Positions 38,995 through 49,466 are shown, numbered from the stretch's first letter. The stretch: DNA of 64,000 nucleotides from Vulcanimicrobiota bacterium (GCA_963695225.1 OY968762.1:2176001-2240000); one strand, 5' to 3'. Program-made: numbers and translations. Notes: generated by a model not told the origin, from the letters alone.

Positions 38995-40099
38995 CGAGGC
39001 GCCGCTGCGCGCGCCGGACGCGATGCTCGTCGCGGTCACGGCGGCGCTCGTCGCCATCGGGCTCGCGATGGTGTTCAGCGCGTCGAGCGTCACGGCGTAC
39101 ATGGACTATCACGATTCCCTGCACTTCCTCAAGCGGCAGGTCGCGTGGCTCGCCGTCGGGGGGCTCGCCGCGTTCGTCGCGTTTCGCTGCGATTACCGGC
39201 GGTTGAAACCGCTCGCGCCGCTCATGTTGCTGGCAAGCCTCGCCGGCTTGCTGCTCGTCTTCGTTCCGCACGTCGGCTTCGCGATGAACGGCGCGCGGCG
39301 CTGGCTCGGGGGCGGGCCGTTCGGCTTCCAACCTTCGGAGTTCACGAAGCTCGCGCTCGTCCTCTACCTCGCCTCGGCGCTCGCGTCGAAGGGCGAACGC
39401 ATCCGCTCCCTCGTGCAAGGGCTCTTCCCGCTCTGCTTCGTCTCGGGCGTGCTCTTCTTGCTCGTGCTCTTCGAGCCGGATCTCGGGACGGCGAGCCTGC
39501 TCGCGCTCACGACGGCGGCGATGCTGTTCGCCGCGGGCGCGCGGATCGTGCACCTCGTCTCGATCGGGCTGATGATGGTTCCTCCGCTCGTCATTTTCGT
39601 GTGCGCGAAATCCTACCGGCGCGATCGCATCCTCGCGTTCCTGGACCCGTGGAAGGATGCGCAGAATACGGGCTTTCACATCGTGCAGTCGCTGCTGGCG
39701 CTCGGCAGCGGCGGCCCGCTCGGCCTCGGGCTCGGCTTCTCGCGACAGAAGTTCGAGTACCTCCCCGAACAATACACGGACTTCATCTTCGCGATCCTGG
39801 GCGAAGAACTCGGCCTGATCGGAACGACCGCCGTTCTCGTGCTGTTCGTCCTGTTCGCGTATCGCGCGGTCAAGATCGCGCTCGGCGCGCAGGATCGTTT
39901 CGGCTTCTTCCTCGCGATCGGCTGCATGTCGATGATCGTGATCCAGGCGCTGATCAACATCGGCGTCGTCACCTCCTCGTGGCCGGTAACGGGCGTGCCG
40001 CTTCCGTTCATCTCGTTCGGCGGGAGCTCGCTCGTCGTCTGCCTGGTCGCCGTCGCGTTGCTCGTCAACGTCGGCCGGCACCAACGCGCGCCGACGTGA
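38984..40099 (+). CDS. ftsW: SEDS peptidoglycan polymerase FtsW
   Basis: GARRW, FQPSEF.K, EPDLGT, LPEQYTDFIF, GVPLPFISFGGSS. Confidence 0.93.
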   Translation: MERDEAPLRAPDAMLVAVTAALVAIGLAMVFSASSVTAYMDYHDSLHFLKRQVAWLAVGGLAAFVAFRCDYRRLKPLAPLMLLASLAGLLLVFVPHVGFAMNGARRWLGGGPFGFQPSEFTKLALVLYLASALASKGERIRSLVQGLFPLCFVSGVLFLLVLFEPDLGTASLLALTTAAMLFAAGARIVHLVSIGLMMVPPLVIFVCAKSYRRDRILAFLDPWKDAQNTGFHIVQSLLALGSGGPLGLGLGFSRQKFEYLPEQYTDFIFAILGEELGLIGTTAVLVLFVLFAYRAVKIALGAQDRFGFFLAIGCMSMIVIQALINIGVVTSSWPVTGVPLPFISFGGSSLVVCLVAVALLVNVGRHQRAPT

Positions 40100-41205
40100 G
40101 GCTCTTGCTGACGGGCGGCGGGACGGGCGGGCACATCTATCCGGCGCTCGCGATCGCCGAAATGCTCCGCGAAGAACCCCGGGCGCAGCCGTTCTCCGTG
40201 CAGTTCATCGGCACGAAGGACCGGCTGGAAGCTTCGCTCGTCCCCGACGCCGGCTTGCCGATCGCTTTCGTGCGCAGCAGGCCGCTCGTGCGGAAGTTTT
40301 CGTTCGCGTTTCTCGGAACGCTCGTGCAGAACGCGATCGGCACGGTGCAGGCCTGCACGACCATCGCTCGCGTGAAGCCGGATTGCGCGATCGCGACGGG
40401 CGGGTACGTCGCGTTCCCGGTCGTGTTGGCGACGCGCCTGCTGCGCGCGCTCGGGATCGTGCGCGCGCGCATCGCGCTCGTCGAACCGAACGCACGCGCC
40501 GGCCTGACGAACCGCGCCTTGATGCCGCTCGTCGACGAGATCTGGTACGGCTACGCGGGCCTCGGAGAACAGACCGACCGCACGTTCGTGACCGGGACTC
40601 CCGTGCGCCCGTCGTTCTTGCTCGCGGTGGGGCGAGCCGAGGCGCGGGCCGCGCTCGGGCTCGACCCGGGGCTTACGACGATCTTCGTGATGGGCGGGAG
40701 CCAAGGAGCGCAGCGCCTCAACCGCGCGGTCGCCGAAATGCTCGCGACGGAGACATTCCCCGCCGATTGGCAGATCGTCCACTTGACCGGCCCCACCGAT
40801 TCCGCTCCGCCCGTCCTCCCGCCGGCGCTCGCGTCGCGCGTGCTGACGCGTCCCTACCTTGCCGACCCGAGGGCGGCGTACGCGGCGGCGGATCTGATCG
40901 TCGCGCGCGCCGGCGCCTCGACGTTGGCCGAGATCGCCGCGACCGGGACGCCCTCGCTCCTCGTCCCGTACCCATACGCGACGGGCGACCACCAGACGCG
41001 CAATGCCGAGGTCTTCGTGCGGGCCGGCGCGGCCCTGCTCGTCCCGGATGCGGAGCTGGACGGGCCGCGCCTGCGGCGGGAGTTGGAGACCGCCCTCGCG
41101 CCCCAAACGCTCGCCGGGATGCGGGCCGCGGCCGGCGAACTCGCCCCGCGCGACTTGCGCGGGACGATCGTGGCTCGGGCGCTGGCGCTGGCGGGGCGCG
41201 GGTGA
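40096..41205 (+). CDS. murG: Lipid II synthase MurG
   Basis: TGGGTGGHIYP, GGYV, G.PVR, GGSQGA, RAGAST, HQTRNA. Confidence 0.95.
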   Translation: MRLLLTGGGTGGHIYPALAIAEMLREEPRAQPFSVQFIGTKDRLEASLVPDAGLPIAFVRSRPLVRKFSFAFLGTLVQNAIGTVQACTTIARVKPDCAIATGGYVAFPVVLATRLLRALGIVRARIALVEPNARAGLTNRALMPLVDEIWYGYAGLGEQTDRTFVTGTPVRPSFLLAVGRAEARAALGLDPGLTTIFVMGGSQGAQRLNRAVAEMLATETFPADWQIVHLTGPTDSAPPVLPPALASRVLTRPYLADPRAAYAAADLIVARAGASTLAEIAATGTPSLLVPYPYATGDHQTRNAEVFVRAGAALLVPDAELDGPRLRRELETALAPQTLAGMRAAAGELAPRDLRGTIVARALALAGRG

Positions 41206-41212
41206 TCCGGGT

Positions 41213-42631
41213 ATGCCCTCCGAAAAGCGCACCCCCGTGAGGGAAGCAGCGTCCGTGCACTTCGTCGGGATCAGCGGCATCGGGATGAGCGCCCTCGCGC
41301 GCATCCTCCTGCAACGGGGCGTCCGGGTCAGCGGGTCCAGCGACCGCGCGACGGCGCTGACCGCAGCTTTGGCCGCCGAGGGCGCGGACATCTCGATCGG
41401 CCATTCGCCGGCAAACCTGGGCGAAGCGACGCGTGTCATCGTCAGCTCGGCGATTTCCGAGGAGAACCCGGAACTGGCCGCCGCGCGCGCGCTGGGGCTC
41501 GACGTGCTCCGCCGCGGCACGCTCCTGGCGGAGATGATGGCGACGAAGCGCGGGATCGCGATCTCGGGAACGCACGGCAAGACGACGACGACGGCGATGG
41601 CGGCCTGCGTCCTCGAGGCGGGCGGGATCGATCCGACGGTCGTCATCGGCGGCGAACGCGTCGATACGGGGACGAACGCGCGCGTCGGCGCGAGCGAGTG
41701 GTTCCTCGGCGAAAGCGACGAATCGGACCGTTCGTTCCTGGAATTGCGCCCCGAGATCGCGGTCCTCACGAACGTCGAGAACGACCACATCGATTCCGAC
41801 GCCGACCTCCCGGCGCTCGTCGCGGCGTTTACCGCCTTCCTCGACCGCGTCCCGGCGCACGGCCTCGTGCTGGTGGGGAACGACGATCCGCGCGCCCGCG
41901 GGATAGGCGAGCTCTCGCGCGCGGCGCGGACGCTCACCTTCGGCTTCGGCGAGGCCGACGTCGTCGCGAGCGAGCGGCGCTTCGCCGGCTTCGGTTCGAC
42001 CTCGCGCATCTCGGCGAACGGCAGCCGGCTCGGCGAGTTGCGCCTGCACGTCCCCGGGGAGATCAACATCCTCGATGCGCTGCCGGCGATCGGGATCGGC
42101 CTCGAACTCGGCGTCCCGTTCGCAACCGCGGCCGAGGCGCTGGCGGCGTTCCGCGGTGTGCGGCGGCGCTTCGAGATCCTCGCGAGCGCGCCGCGGATGA
42201 CCGTCGTCGAGGATTACGCCCACCATCCGACCGCTGTGGCCGCGACGATCGCCGCCGCGCGGGGCGATTTCGACGGGCCGCTCGTCGTCGCGTTCCAGCC
42301 GCACCGCTACTCGCGCACTCGCTACCTCGCCGCGGATTTCGCCCGCGCATTGCGGGGCGCCGACCGGGTCGTCCTCACGGAGGTCTACGCCGCCTCCGAG
42401 CCCGCGCTCGCGGGCGTCTCGTCCCGCTCGATCGGCGAACCGCTCGAGGCGCTCGGCGGGCGCGTCGACTACGTGGCGCACGCCGACGAATTACCAGAGT
42501 ACCTCCTGGAGCAGGCCCCCGAAGGCGCTTTGGTGCTGTTGTTCGGTGCCGGCTCGATCACGACTGCGGCGGCCCGTCTCGCGCGCGAAGTGCGGGAAGC
42601 GGCCGAACGCACGGAGGTCCTCAGGCGATGA
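41213..42631 (+). CDS. murC: UDP-MurNAc:L-Ala ligase
   Basis: HFVGISGIGMS, GTHGKTTT, ESDESD, DYAHHPT, FQPHRYSRT. Confidence 0.95.
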   Translation: MPSEKRTPVREAASVHFVGISGIGMSALARILLQRGVRVSGSSDRATALTAALAAEGADISIGHSPANLGEATRVIVSSAISEENPELAAARALGLDVLRRGTLLAEMMATKRGIAISGTHGKTTTTAMAACVLEAGGIDPTVVIGGERVDTGTNARVGASEWFLGESDESDRSFLELRPEIAVLTNVENDHIDSDADLPALVAAFTAFLDRVPAHGLVLVGNDDPRARGIGELSRAARTLTFGFGEADVVASERRFAGFGSTSRISANGSRLGELRLHVPGEINILDALPAIGIGLELGVPFATAAEALAAFRGVRRRFEILASAPRMTVVEDYAHHPTAVAATIAAARGDFDGPLVVAFQPHRYSRTRYLAADFARALRGADRVVLTEVYAASEPALAGVSSRSIGEPLEALGGRVDYVAHADELPEYLLEQAPEGALVLLFGAGSITTAAARLAREVREAAERTEVLRR

Positions 42632-43578
42632 GCGTCGCCGCCGCGAGCGAGCTGCAATCCGTCCTGGGGAGCCCCGAGCGCGAGCGCCTAAGCGAGATCT
42701 TCGGCGAGCGGGTCCGCTTCGACGAGCCCCTCGCGCCGTTCACGTCGTGGAAGATCGGCGGCCCGGCCGACGCGTTCGCGCTCGTCGAAAGCCGGAGCGA
42801 ACTGGAAGCGGCGCTCGAACTCGTACGCGCGCGCCGGGTTCCGTGGTTCGTGCTGGGAAGCGGATCGAATCTGCTCGTCGGGGACGGCGGGATTCGCGGC
42901 TTGACGCTGCGCTTGGGCGGCGAGTACGCCCTGCTCGCGTTCCGAGAGGACGAACCGGAGCACGTCGTCGTCGAGGCAGGCGCCTCGGCGAGCATGGCGC
43001 TGCTGACGGCGCAGGCCGCCTCGCGCGGAGCGCTCGGGATCGCTTCGCTGGCCGGGATTCCGGGGAGCGTCGGCGGCGCGTTGCGCATGAATGCCGGGAC
43101 CGATCGCGAGATCGGCGAGTTCGTTCGCGACGTCTCGGTGCAGACGCCGGCGAAACCCGCGCCGCATCGCGTGACGATGCAGTATTTCTACCGGCACACG
43201 ACGCTCGCGCGCGACGCGGTCGTCGCCCGGGTCACGCTCGCGTTCGAACGCGGCGATCCGCTCGAGGTGCGCGCAGATATGCAGCAGCGTCTCGTGCGGC
43301 GCAAGAATCACCAGCCGCTCCAGTTTCCGAACGCGGGCTCGTGCTTCCGCAATCCGCCCGCCGAGCGGGCCGGCCGGCTGATCGAAGCCGCCGGTGCGAA
43401 GGGCTGGCGCATCGGAGGAGCGGAAGTCTCGGAACTCCACGCTAATTTCATCGTGAACCGGGACGGAGCGACGGCCGCCGACGTCGCTTCGCTGCTCGCC
43501 AAGGTGCGGCGAGCGGTCGCGGATCGTTTCGGCATCGAGCTCGAGCTCGAGGTGCATTTTGTCGGAGTTTTCACGTGA
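42628..43578 (+). CDS. murB: UDP-N-acetylenolpyruvoylglucosamine reductase
   Basis: IGGPAD, GSGSNLL, GIPGSVGGA..MNAG, NAGSCFRNP, HANFIVN, LELEV. Confidence 0.93.
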   Translation: MSVAAASELQSVLGSPERERLSEIFGERVRFDEPLAPFTSWKIGGPADAFALVESRSELEAALELVRARRVPWFVLGSGSNLLVGDGGIRGLTLRLGGEYALLAFREDEPEHVVVEAGASASMALLTAQAASRGALGIASLAGIPGSVGGALRMNAGTDREIGEFVRDVSVQTPAKPAPHRVTMQYFYRHTTLARDAVVARVTLAFERGDPLEVRADMQQRLVRRKNHQPLQFPNAGSCFRNPPAERAGRLIEAAGAKGWRIGGAEVSELHANFIVNRDGATAADVASLLAKVRRAVADRFGIELELEVHFVGVFT

Positions 43579-44513
43579 CTGAGAAAGCGCGCGTTGCCGT
43601 CGTCATGGGTGGCCCGAGTTCGGAGCGAGAGGTTTCGATCGCGAGCGGGCAAGGCGTGATGGGCGCGCTCGCCACGCTCGGATACGGCGCGCGTTCGTTC
43701 GATTTCGACGAGCGCTTCGTCGAGATGCTCCGCGAGTTCGCGCCGGACGTCGTATTCAACGCGCTGCACGGCCCCGGCGGCGAGGACGGACGCATTCAAG
43801 GGATCCTCGATTGGCTCGGCATCCCGTACACCGGGAGCGATCTCCGCTCGTGTGCGCTGGCGATGGACAAGCATCTGACGAAGAAGTTGATCTCCGCCGA
43901 AGGCCTCCCGACCGCCGCCTGGGACGTCTACGACCTCAGCGGAGGGACGCTGCCGCTGCTGCCGGGTTCGTTGAATCTGCCGCTCGTCGTGAAACCGCGC
44001 GACGAGGGTTCCAGCGCGGGCGTCACGATCGTGCACACGCACGAGGAATGGTCGCATGCGATGATCGCGAGCGCCGCGCGCACGACGAACGTGATGGCGG
44101 AAGAGTTCGTCGCGGGGCGCGAGTTCTCGTGCGGCGTGTTTTTCGAGCAGCCGCTCCCGATCGTCGAAATCGAGGCGAACGCCGCCTTCTACACGTACGA
44201 TGCGAAGTACAAACCGGGTGGAAGCCGCCATATCGTTCCGGCCAGGCTCGATCACGACCTGACCGCCCGGCTCCAGACGCTCGCGCTCTCCGTGCACCGT
44301 CTGATCGGCCTGCGCGACTACTCGCGGACGGACATCATCGTCACGAAGGAGGGGCGCCCATACATCCTCGAGGTGAACGCGCTCCCGGGCTTGACGCCGA
44401 CGAGCCTGCTCCCCGAGGAATGCGCGGCGGCGGGGATCCCCTACGAAGCGTTGATCGACCGTCTGGTCCGCGCCGCGCTCGACCGGGGCGCCGCCGTCAC
44501 CGCCGTTTCCTGA
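43575..44513 (+). CDS. ddl: D-alanine--D-alanine ligase
   Basis: GGPSSEREVS, LHGPGGEDG, PYTGS, MDK, GSS.G, FYTYDAKY, LEVNALPG. Confidence 0.95.
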   Translation: MTEKARVAVVMGGPSSEREVSIASGQGVMGALATLGYGARSFDFDERFVEMLREFAPDVVFNALHGPGGEDGRIQGILDWLGIPYTGSDLRSCALAMDKHLTKKLISAEGLPTAAWDVYDLSGGTLPLLPGSLNLPLVVKPRDEGSSAGVTIVHTHEEWSHAMIASAARTTNVMAEEFVAGREFSCGVFFEQPLPIVEIEANAAFYTYDAKYKPGGSRHIVPARLDHDLTARLQTLALSVHRLIGLRDYSRTDIIVTKEGRPYILEVNALPGLTPTSLLPEECAAAGIPYEALIDRLVRAALDRGAAVTAVS

Positions 44514-44631
44514 GGATCGCGGTGCCGCTTGCTTCGCTTAGTGCGGCGCGTGTGAGGCGCTCCTCGCGCGCGCGGTGAGCTTTGTCGAAGTGAAAGAGAT
44601 TATCCAGGTATCTGCGAATGACGGCGGCATC

Positions 44632-45828
44632 ATGTCACATACGGGAACCGTAGTCGATCGGGGCCTGGAAGGCGTCGTCGTCGGCTCCACCGAGCTGAGC
44701 AATGTCGAGGGTCTCGAAGGCCGACTGACCTATCGCGGATACGACATCCACGATCTTGCGACGAATGCCTCGTTTGAAGAGGTCTGCTACTTGCTGCTGT
44801 TCGGGCAACTCCCGAACAAGTATCAGCTGGAGGACCTCAAGGTCCGACTTTCGGCGAATCGTATGCTGCCCAAGCCCCTGCTCGAGACGATGACGCACAT
44901 CCCGAAATCGGCGTGGCCGATGGACGTGCTGCGCACGATGATCTCGGGCCTCGCGCTCTACATGCCGCACACCGACGACGGCGCGCATCCCTCGAATCCG
45001 CGGACGGCGATTCATTTGATCGCCAAGACGCCGACGATTGTCGCAGCCTGGGATCGGATGCGCAACGACCTCCCGCCGATCGAGCCGCTCCCGAACCTCG
45101 CGACGGCGGCCAACTTCCTTTACATGCGCAGCGGGAAGCTCCCGATCAAGGAAGCGGTTGACGCGCTCGACACGTATCTCGTTCTGCTCTCCGACCACTC
45201 GTACAACGCCTCGACGTTCGCGGCCCGCGTGTGCGCCTCGACGCACGCCGACATTTTCGCCGCTGCGACTTCTGCCGTAGCGACGCTCGAAGGCGACTTG
45301 CACGGAGGCGCCCCCGGCAAGGTGATGTCGATGTTGCTGGAGATCGGCAAGCCGGAACGGGCGGAAACCTACGTTCGCGAACTGCTCGCGCGCGGTCAGC
45401 GCATCATGGGGATGGGCCATCGCGAGTACAAAGTGCGCGATCCGCGCGCGCAGCATCTCGAAGAGATGGCGAAAGCGCTCGGCGAGGCCTCCGATCCGAA
45501 GTGGTACAGCATCGCGCGCGCCCTCGAAGACGCGTCGAACAAGGTCCTGCAAGAGGAGAAGCCGGGGAAACGGATCTATGCGAACGTCGAGTTCTACACG
45601 GCGCCGACGCTCTACAGCCTCGGGATCCCGGCGGACGAGTTCACCTGCATGTTCGCCTGCGGCCGCATGGCCGGCTGGACGGCGCACATCCTCGAGCAAC
45701 TCGCCGACAACCGGCTGATTCGGCCGCAGGCGCGTTACGACGGGCCGCCGGTCATGCCCTACGTGCCGATCGAACAGCGCGGCCGCAAGGCGTCGAGCTC
45801 GAACAAGAACGGAACCCCCGGCGCGTGA
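44632..45828 (+). CDS. gltA: Citrate synthase (CitZ/PrpC-type)
   Basis: GLEGV, YRGY, DHSYNAST, LHGGA, GMGHR.YK..DPRA, ANVEFY, LIRP. Confidence 0.88.
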   Translation: MSHTGTVVDRGLEGVVVGSTELSNVEGLEGRLTYRGYDIHDLATNASFEEVCYLLLFGQLPNKYQLEDLKVRLSANRMLPKPLLETMTHIPKSAWPMDVLRTMISGLALYMPHTDDGAHPSNPRTAIHLIAKTPTIVAAWDRMRNDLPPIEPLPNLATAANFLYMRSGKLPIKEAVDALDTYLVLLSDHSYNASTFAARVCASTHADIFAAATSAVATLEGDLHGGAPGKVMSMLLEIGKPERAETYVRELLARGQRIMGMGHREYKVRDPRAQHLEEMAKALGEASDPKWYSIARALEDASNKVLQEEKPGKRIYANVEFYTAPTLYSLGIPADEFTCMFACGRMAGWTAHILEQLADNRLIRPQARYDGPPVMPYVPIEQRGRKASSSNKNGTPGA

Positions 45829-46427
45829 GCAACGAACCGCCGCGCGGCGCACGCCGCGCGACCGTCTCGCGCTCGACGAAGGAGACTCGAATCGAGGTGA
45901 CGCTCGATCTCGACGGCGGCCCCGCCGCGATTTCGACGGACGTGAAGTTCCTCGACCACATGCTCGACGCGTTCGCGAAGCATTCCGGCTGCGGGCTCGA
46001 GGTCCGCGCGAGCGGCGACGGCCTCGATCACCATCATCTCGTCGAAGACGTGGGGATCGTGCTCGGGCAGGCGATCGCCGAAGCGCTCGGCGACAAGCGC
46101 GGCATCGCGCGCTTCGGCTCGCTCGCAGTGCCGCTCGACGATGCGCTCGTGCTGGGGAGCGTCGATCTCTCCGGCCGCGCCTACTTGAACTTTGCCGTGA
46201 AGTTCGGCGTCGAGAACCTCGGCGATCTCGGGACGGAGCTCGTCCCGCACTTCTTCCATTCGCTGGCCGAGCACGGCCGTTTCAACCTGCACTTGGTGCA
46301 ACTCGCGGGCGCGAACTCGCACCACCTGTGCGAGGCCGCGTTCAAGGCGTTCGCGCGCTCGTTCGCGCAGGCGATCGCCCGCGCGAACCGGGACGGCGTG
46401 CCCTCGACGAAGGGCATGCTGGCCTGA
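45825..46427 (+). CDS. hisB: Imidazoleglycerol-phosphate dehydratase
   Basis: R.TKET, FLDHML, DHHHLVED, GIARFG, NSHHLCEA.FKA, PSTKG. Confidence 0.95.
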   Translation: MSNEPPRGARRATVSRSTKETRIEVTLDLDGGPAAISTDVKFLDHMLDAFAKHSGCGLEVRASGDGLDHHHLVEDVGIVLGQAIAEALGDKRGIARFGSLAVPLDDALVLGSVDLSGRAYLNFAVKFGVENLGDLGTELVPHFFHSLAEHGRFNLHLVQLAGANSHHLCEAAFKAFARSFAQAIARANRDGVPSTKGMLA

Positions 46428-46547
46428 GCACGCGCCCGGCGATCGGTGCGTTCGTATCCATACTAAGTTTGGAGTGCCGTTGTTAGAATCGCAGAACGCA
46501 CGATCTGCGCCAGAGGATGCCGGTGAGTGCGGCGAAGGCTCCGCAGC

Positions 46548-47162
46548 ATGAGGAACGGGACGCTTGCCGTCGTCGATTCAGGTGGAGGCAACCTCGGCTC
46601 GCTCCTGGCGGCGCTCGAACGGCGCGGCGTGTCGCCGGTGCTGACGGAGGACCCGGAGGTCGTCGACGCCGCCGATGCGGCGATTCTCCCCGGCGACGGC
46701 GCGTTCGCCGCGACGATGCGCGCGCTCGAAGCGCGCGGCCTGGATCGTGCGATCCGAAATCTCATCGCGCGCGGCCGGCCGTTTTTGGGAATCTGCGTCG
46801 GCATGCAGTTGCTCTTCGAAGGCAGCGAGGAGCACGAAACGTACGCGGGGCTCGGAATCCTGCCGGGGACGATCCGCCGTTTCGAAGACGCGCCGCGCGT
46901 TCCGCACATGGGCTGGAACGCGCTCGAGCTCGTCAGGCCGCACCCGTTCGTCGCGAACGTCGCATCGGGCGATTACGTCTACTTCCTGCACAGCTACCGC
47001 GCGGAGGTCGGCCCGGACACGCTCGCGGCGGCGACGCACGGCGAACGTTTCGCGGCGATCGTCGCGCGGGAAAACGTGATGGGCACGCAATTCCATCCGG
47101 AAAAAAGCCAAGTGACGGGAGCGCGCTTGCTCGACAACTTCCTGGCGTCGAGCGCTTCATGA
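46548..47162 (+). CDS. hisH: Imidazole glycerol phosphate synthase glutaminase subunit
   Basis: GNLGS, LPGDGAF, GICVGMQ, PHMGWN, YFLHSY, QFHPEKS. Confidence 0.95.
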   Translation: MRNGTLAVVDSGGGNLGSLLAALERRGVSPVLTEDPEVVDAADAAILPGDGAFAATMRALEARGLDRAIRNLIARGRPFLGICVGMQLLFEGSEEHETYAGLGILPGTIRRFEDAPRVPHMGWNALELVRPHPFVANVASGDYVYFLHSYRAEVGPDTLAAATHGERFAAIVARENVMGTQFHPEKSQVTGARLLDNFLASSAS

Positions 47163-47881
47163 CGATCGTCCCCGCGATCGATCTGCGCGGCGGGCGCTGC
47201 GTGCGCCTCTTGCGCGGAGATCCCGCGCAAGAGACGCACTACGACGGCGATCCCGTCGCGCGCGCGCGTTCGTTCGTCGCCGCCGGCGCGAGGACGATTC
47301 ACGTCGTCGATCTCGACGGCGCGTTCGGGAGCGGCGAGAATCGCGCCGCCTTGCGCGCGATCGCGCGGGCCGTCGACGTTCCGATCCAAACCGGCGGCGG
47401 CGTGCGCGTGCCGAACGACGTCCGCCGGCGCCTCGACGACGGCGCGCGCTACGTCGTGCTCGGTACGTTGCTGGTCGAAGCGCCGAAGACGGCGCGTTCG
47501 CTGGTCGCGCAGTACGGGGACCGAATCATCGCGGGCGTCGACGCGCGCGGCCAAACCGTCGCGACGCGCGGCTGGCAGACCGAAACGCACGTCACGCGCG
47601 ACGCGTTCGTGCGCGAGCTGATCTCGTGGGGCGTCGGCCGCGTCGTCTTCACCGAGATCGGACGCGATGGAACCGGCACGGGCTACGATCTGGAAGCGCT
47701 CTCGGCGGTCGCCTCGCTGGGCGCGATCCACGTCACCGCCAGCGGCGGCGCGCGCACGCTCGCCGATCTGCGCGCGCTCGCGGAGCAAACGCCGCCCAAC
47801 GTCGATGCGGCGATCGTGGGGCGCGCGCTCTACGAAGGAACGATCGTGCTCGAAGAGGCGATCGCGCTCTTCGGGAGCTAG
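47159..47881 (+). CDS. hisA: ProFAR isomerase
   Basis: PAIDLRGGRCVRL, HVVDLDGA, QTGGGVR, T.I.RDGT, ASGG, GRALYEG. Confidence 0.93.
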   Translation: MTIVPAIDLRGGRCVRLLRGDPAQETHYDGDPVARARSFVAAGARTIHVVDLDGAFGSGENRAALRAIARAVDVPIQTGGGVRVPNDVRRRLDDGARYVVLGTLLVEAPKTARSLVAQYGDRIIAGVDARGQTVATRGWQTETHVTRDAFVRELISWGVGRVVFTEIGRDGTGTGYDLEALSAVASLGAIHVTASGGARTLADLRALAEQTPPNVDAAIVGRALYEGTIVLEEAIALFGS

Positions 47882-48999
47882 GCGCGCAAGAAGCGCGGCA
47901 GCGCTTCGGGCAGGCGCGCCACGATCTCGTAGGCGATCGTCCCCGCCCAATTCGCCCACTCCTCCGCGCCGATCGCGTCGTCGCCGTCGCGGCCGAGGAG
48001 CGTGGCCTCGCTCCCCACGTGCGCCTGCGGGATCTCGGTGAGGTCGACGAACGAGGCGTTCATGCAGATCCGGCCGGCGAGCGGTGCGCGTTTCCCGCAG
48101 ACGAGCACTTGGGCGCGCCCGCCCGCCGCGCGCGGGATCCCCTCCGCGTAGCCGATAGGCAGGACGCCGATGCGCGAGGGGCGCGTCGTAGCGTAGGTGC
48201 AACCGTAGCCGATCGAGCGTCCGGCTTCGACCTCGCGCACGACGACGAACGGGCTCGTCCAGCGCAGCGCCGGCTCGAGAACGAGGCGTTTGCGTGCGGC
48301 GGCGAGCGTCTGCGGAGAGGGCCAGATGCCGTACGTCGCGATTCCGATGCGGGCCAAGTCGTAGCGAGATTCGGGGTAGAGTATCGCAGCGGCCGAGGCG
48401 GCCGCGTGGCGGAGGATTCCGCGCGCCTTCAGGTCTCCGAGCGGTGCGAGCGCCTCGTCGAAGCGGTGGAGTTGGTCGCGCGTGAAGGCCGATTCCAATT
48501 CCTCGGCGGCGGCGAGGTGCGTGAACGCTCCCCGGATCGAAACGACTTCGGAGGCCGCGGAGAGCGCCGCGAAGAGCGCGGCGGCCCGCTCCGGCTCGAC
48601 GCCGAAGCGGCCGACCCCGGTCTCGATCTTCAGATGGACCGGGAAAGGCCGCCCCGCCGCCGCGGCGGCCCTGGCGACGTCGCGGGCGTAAGCGCCAGCG
48701 GACCAGAGCGTGATCGCGGCCCGCGCCGCGAGCGCGGCCGGGAGGTCCCGCGGCCCGGCCGGCCCGATCACGAGGAGAGGCGTTTCGATCCCGGCCTCGC
48801 GCAACGCCGTCGCCTCATCAACGGAAAAGACGCAAAGGAGATCCGCGCTCCCCTCGATGGCCCGGGCGACCGGCACGAGACCGTGCCCGTACGCGTTCGC
48901 CTTCACGACGGCGGCGACGCCGGCCGGCGCGATCAGCGCGCGGATTCTCGCGAGGTTCCCGCGCAGGGCGGCGGGATCGATTTCTAATCGGGCGTTCAC
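47878..48999 (-). CDS. alr: Alanine racemase
   Basis: AVVKANAYGHG, HLKIETG..R.G, RIGI..YG, IGYG, GRICM, TIAYE. Confidence 0.95.
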   Translation of the reverse strand: MNARLEIDPAALRGNLARIRALIAPAGVAAVVKANAYGHGLVPVARAIEGSADLLCVFSVDEATALREAGIETPLLVIGPAGPRDLPAALAARAAITLWSAGAYARDVARAAAAAGRPFPVHLKIETGVGRFGVEPERAAALFAALSAASEVVSIRGAFTHLAAAEELESAFTRDQLHRFDEALAPLGDLKARGILRHAAASAAAILYPESRYDLARIGIATYGIWPSPQTLAAARKRLVLEPALRWTSPFVVVREVEAGRSIGYGCTYATTRPSRIGVLPIGYAEGIPRAAGGRAQVLVCGKRAPLAGRICMNASFVDLTEIPQAHVGSEATLLGRDGDDAIGAEEWANWAGTIAYEIVARLPEALPRFLRA

Positions 49000-49054
49000 C
49001 TGCCGGCCCTTGCACGCCCTAACATCGCCCGCCTGTTCACACGATAATGAGGAT

Positions 49055-49462
49055 ATGCCGCCGACGCGCCAAGGACTTCAGCTCCCGAGCGAGGTCAAGC
49101 CCTTCGGAATCGTGGGATTCCTCGGCTTGCTGGTGCGCGCCACCGTCGCCTACGTCTTCGGCTTCGCCCTCTACATCGGCATCTTTCGCGTGAGCCGGCG
49201 GGTCGGCCCGATCCTGACGGACGCAGGGCTCTCAAACTTCGCGCTGTTCTTGCTGATCGCGCTCGCCGTCGCGGCGATCTTGCTCGTGGTCTTTCAGCCG
49301 ATGTGGTCCACTGAGATGCGCGGTTTCGGGTTGATGACGAGCTTCACGATCGTGGCGATCGCGTTCGCGCAAGCAGCCGGCTTGACGCACATGGATGCGA
49401 TGGCGCCGATCGAGGTGCTCGTTCGCCAGCACATCGAGGTGTTCGCCGGCCTCCGAAGGTGA
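49055..49462 (+). CDS. Hypothetical membrane protein (about 3 TM)
   Basis: Hydrophobic ORF; GATAAT-GAGGAT directly before the ATG. Confidence 0.6.
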   Translation: MPPTRQGLQLPSEVKPFGIVGFLGLLVRATVAYVFGFALYIGIFRVSRRVGPILTDAGLSNFALFLLIALAVAAILLVVFQPMWSTEMRGFGLMTSFTIVAIAFAQAAGLTHMDAMAPIEVLVRQHIEVFAGLRR

Positions 49463-49466
49463 CGCG

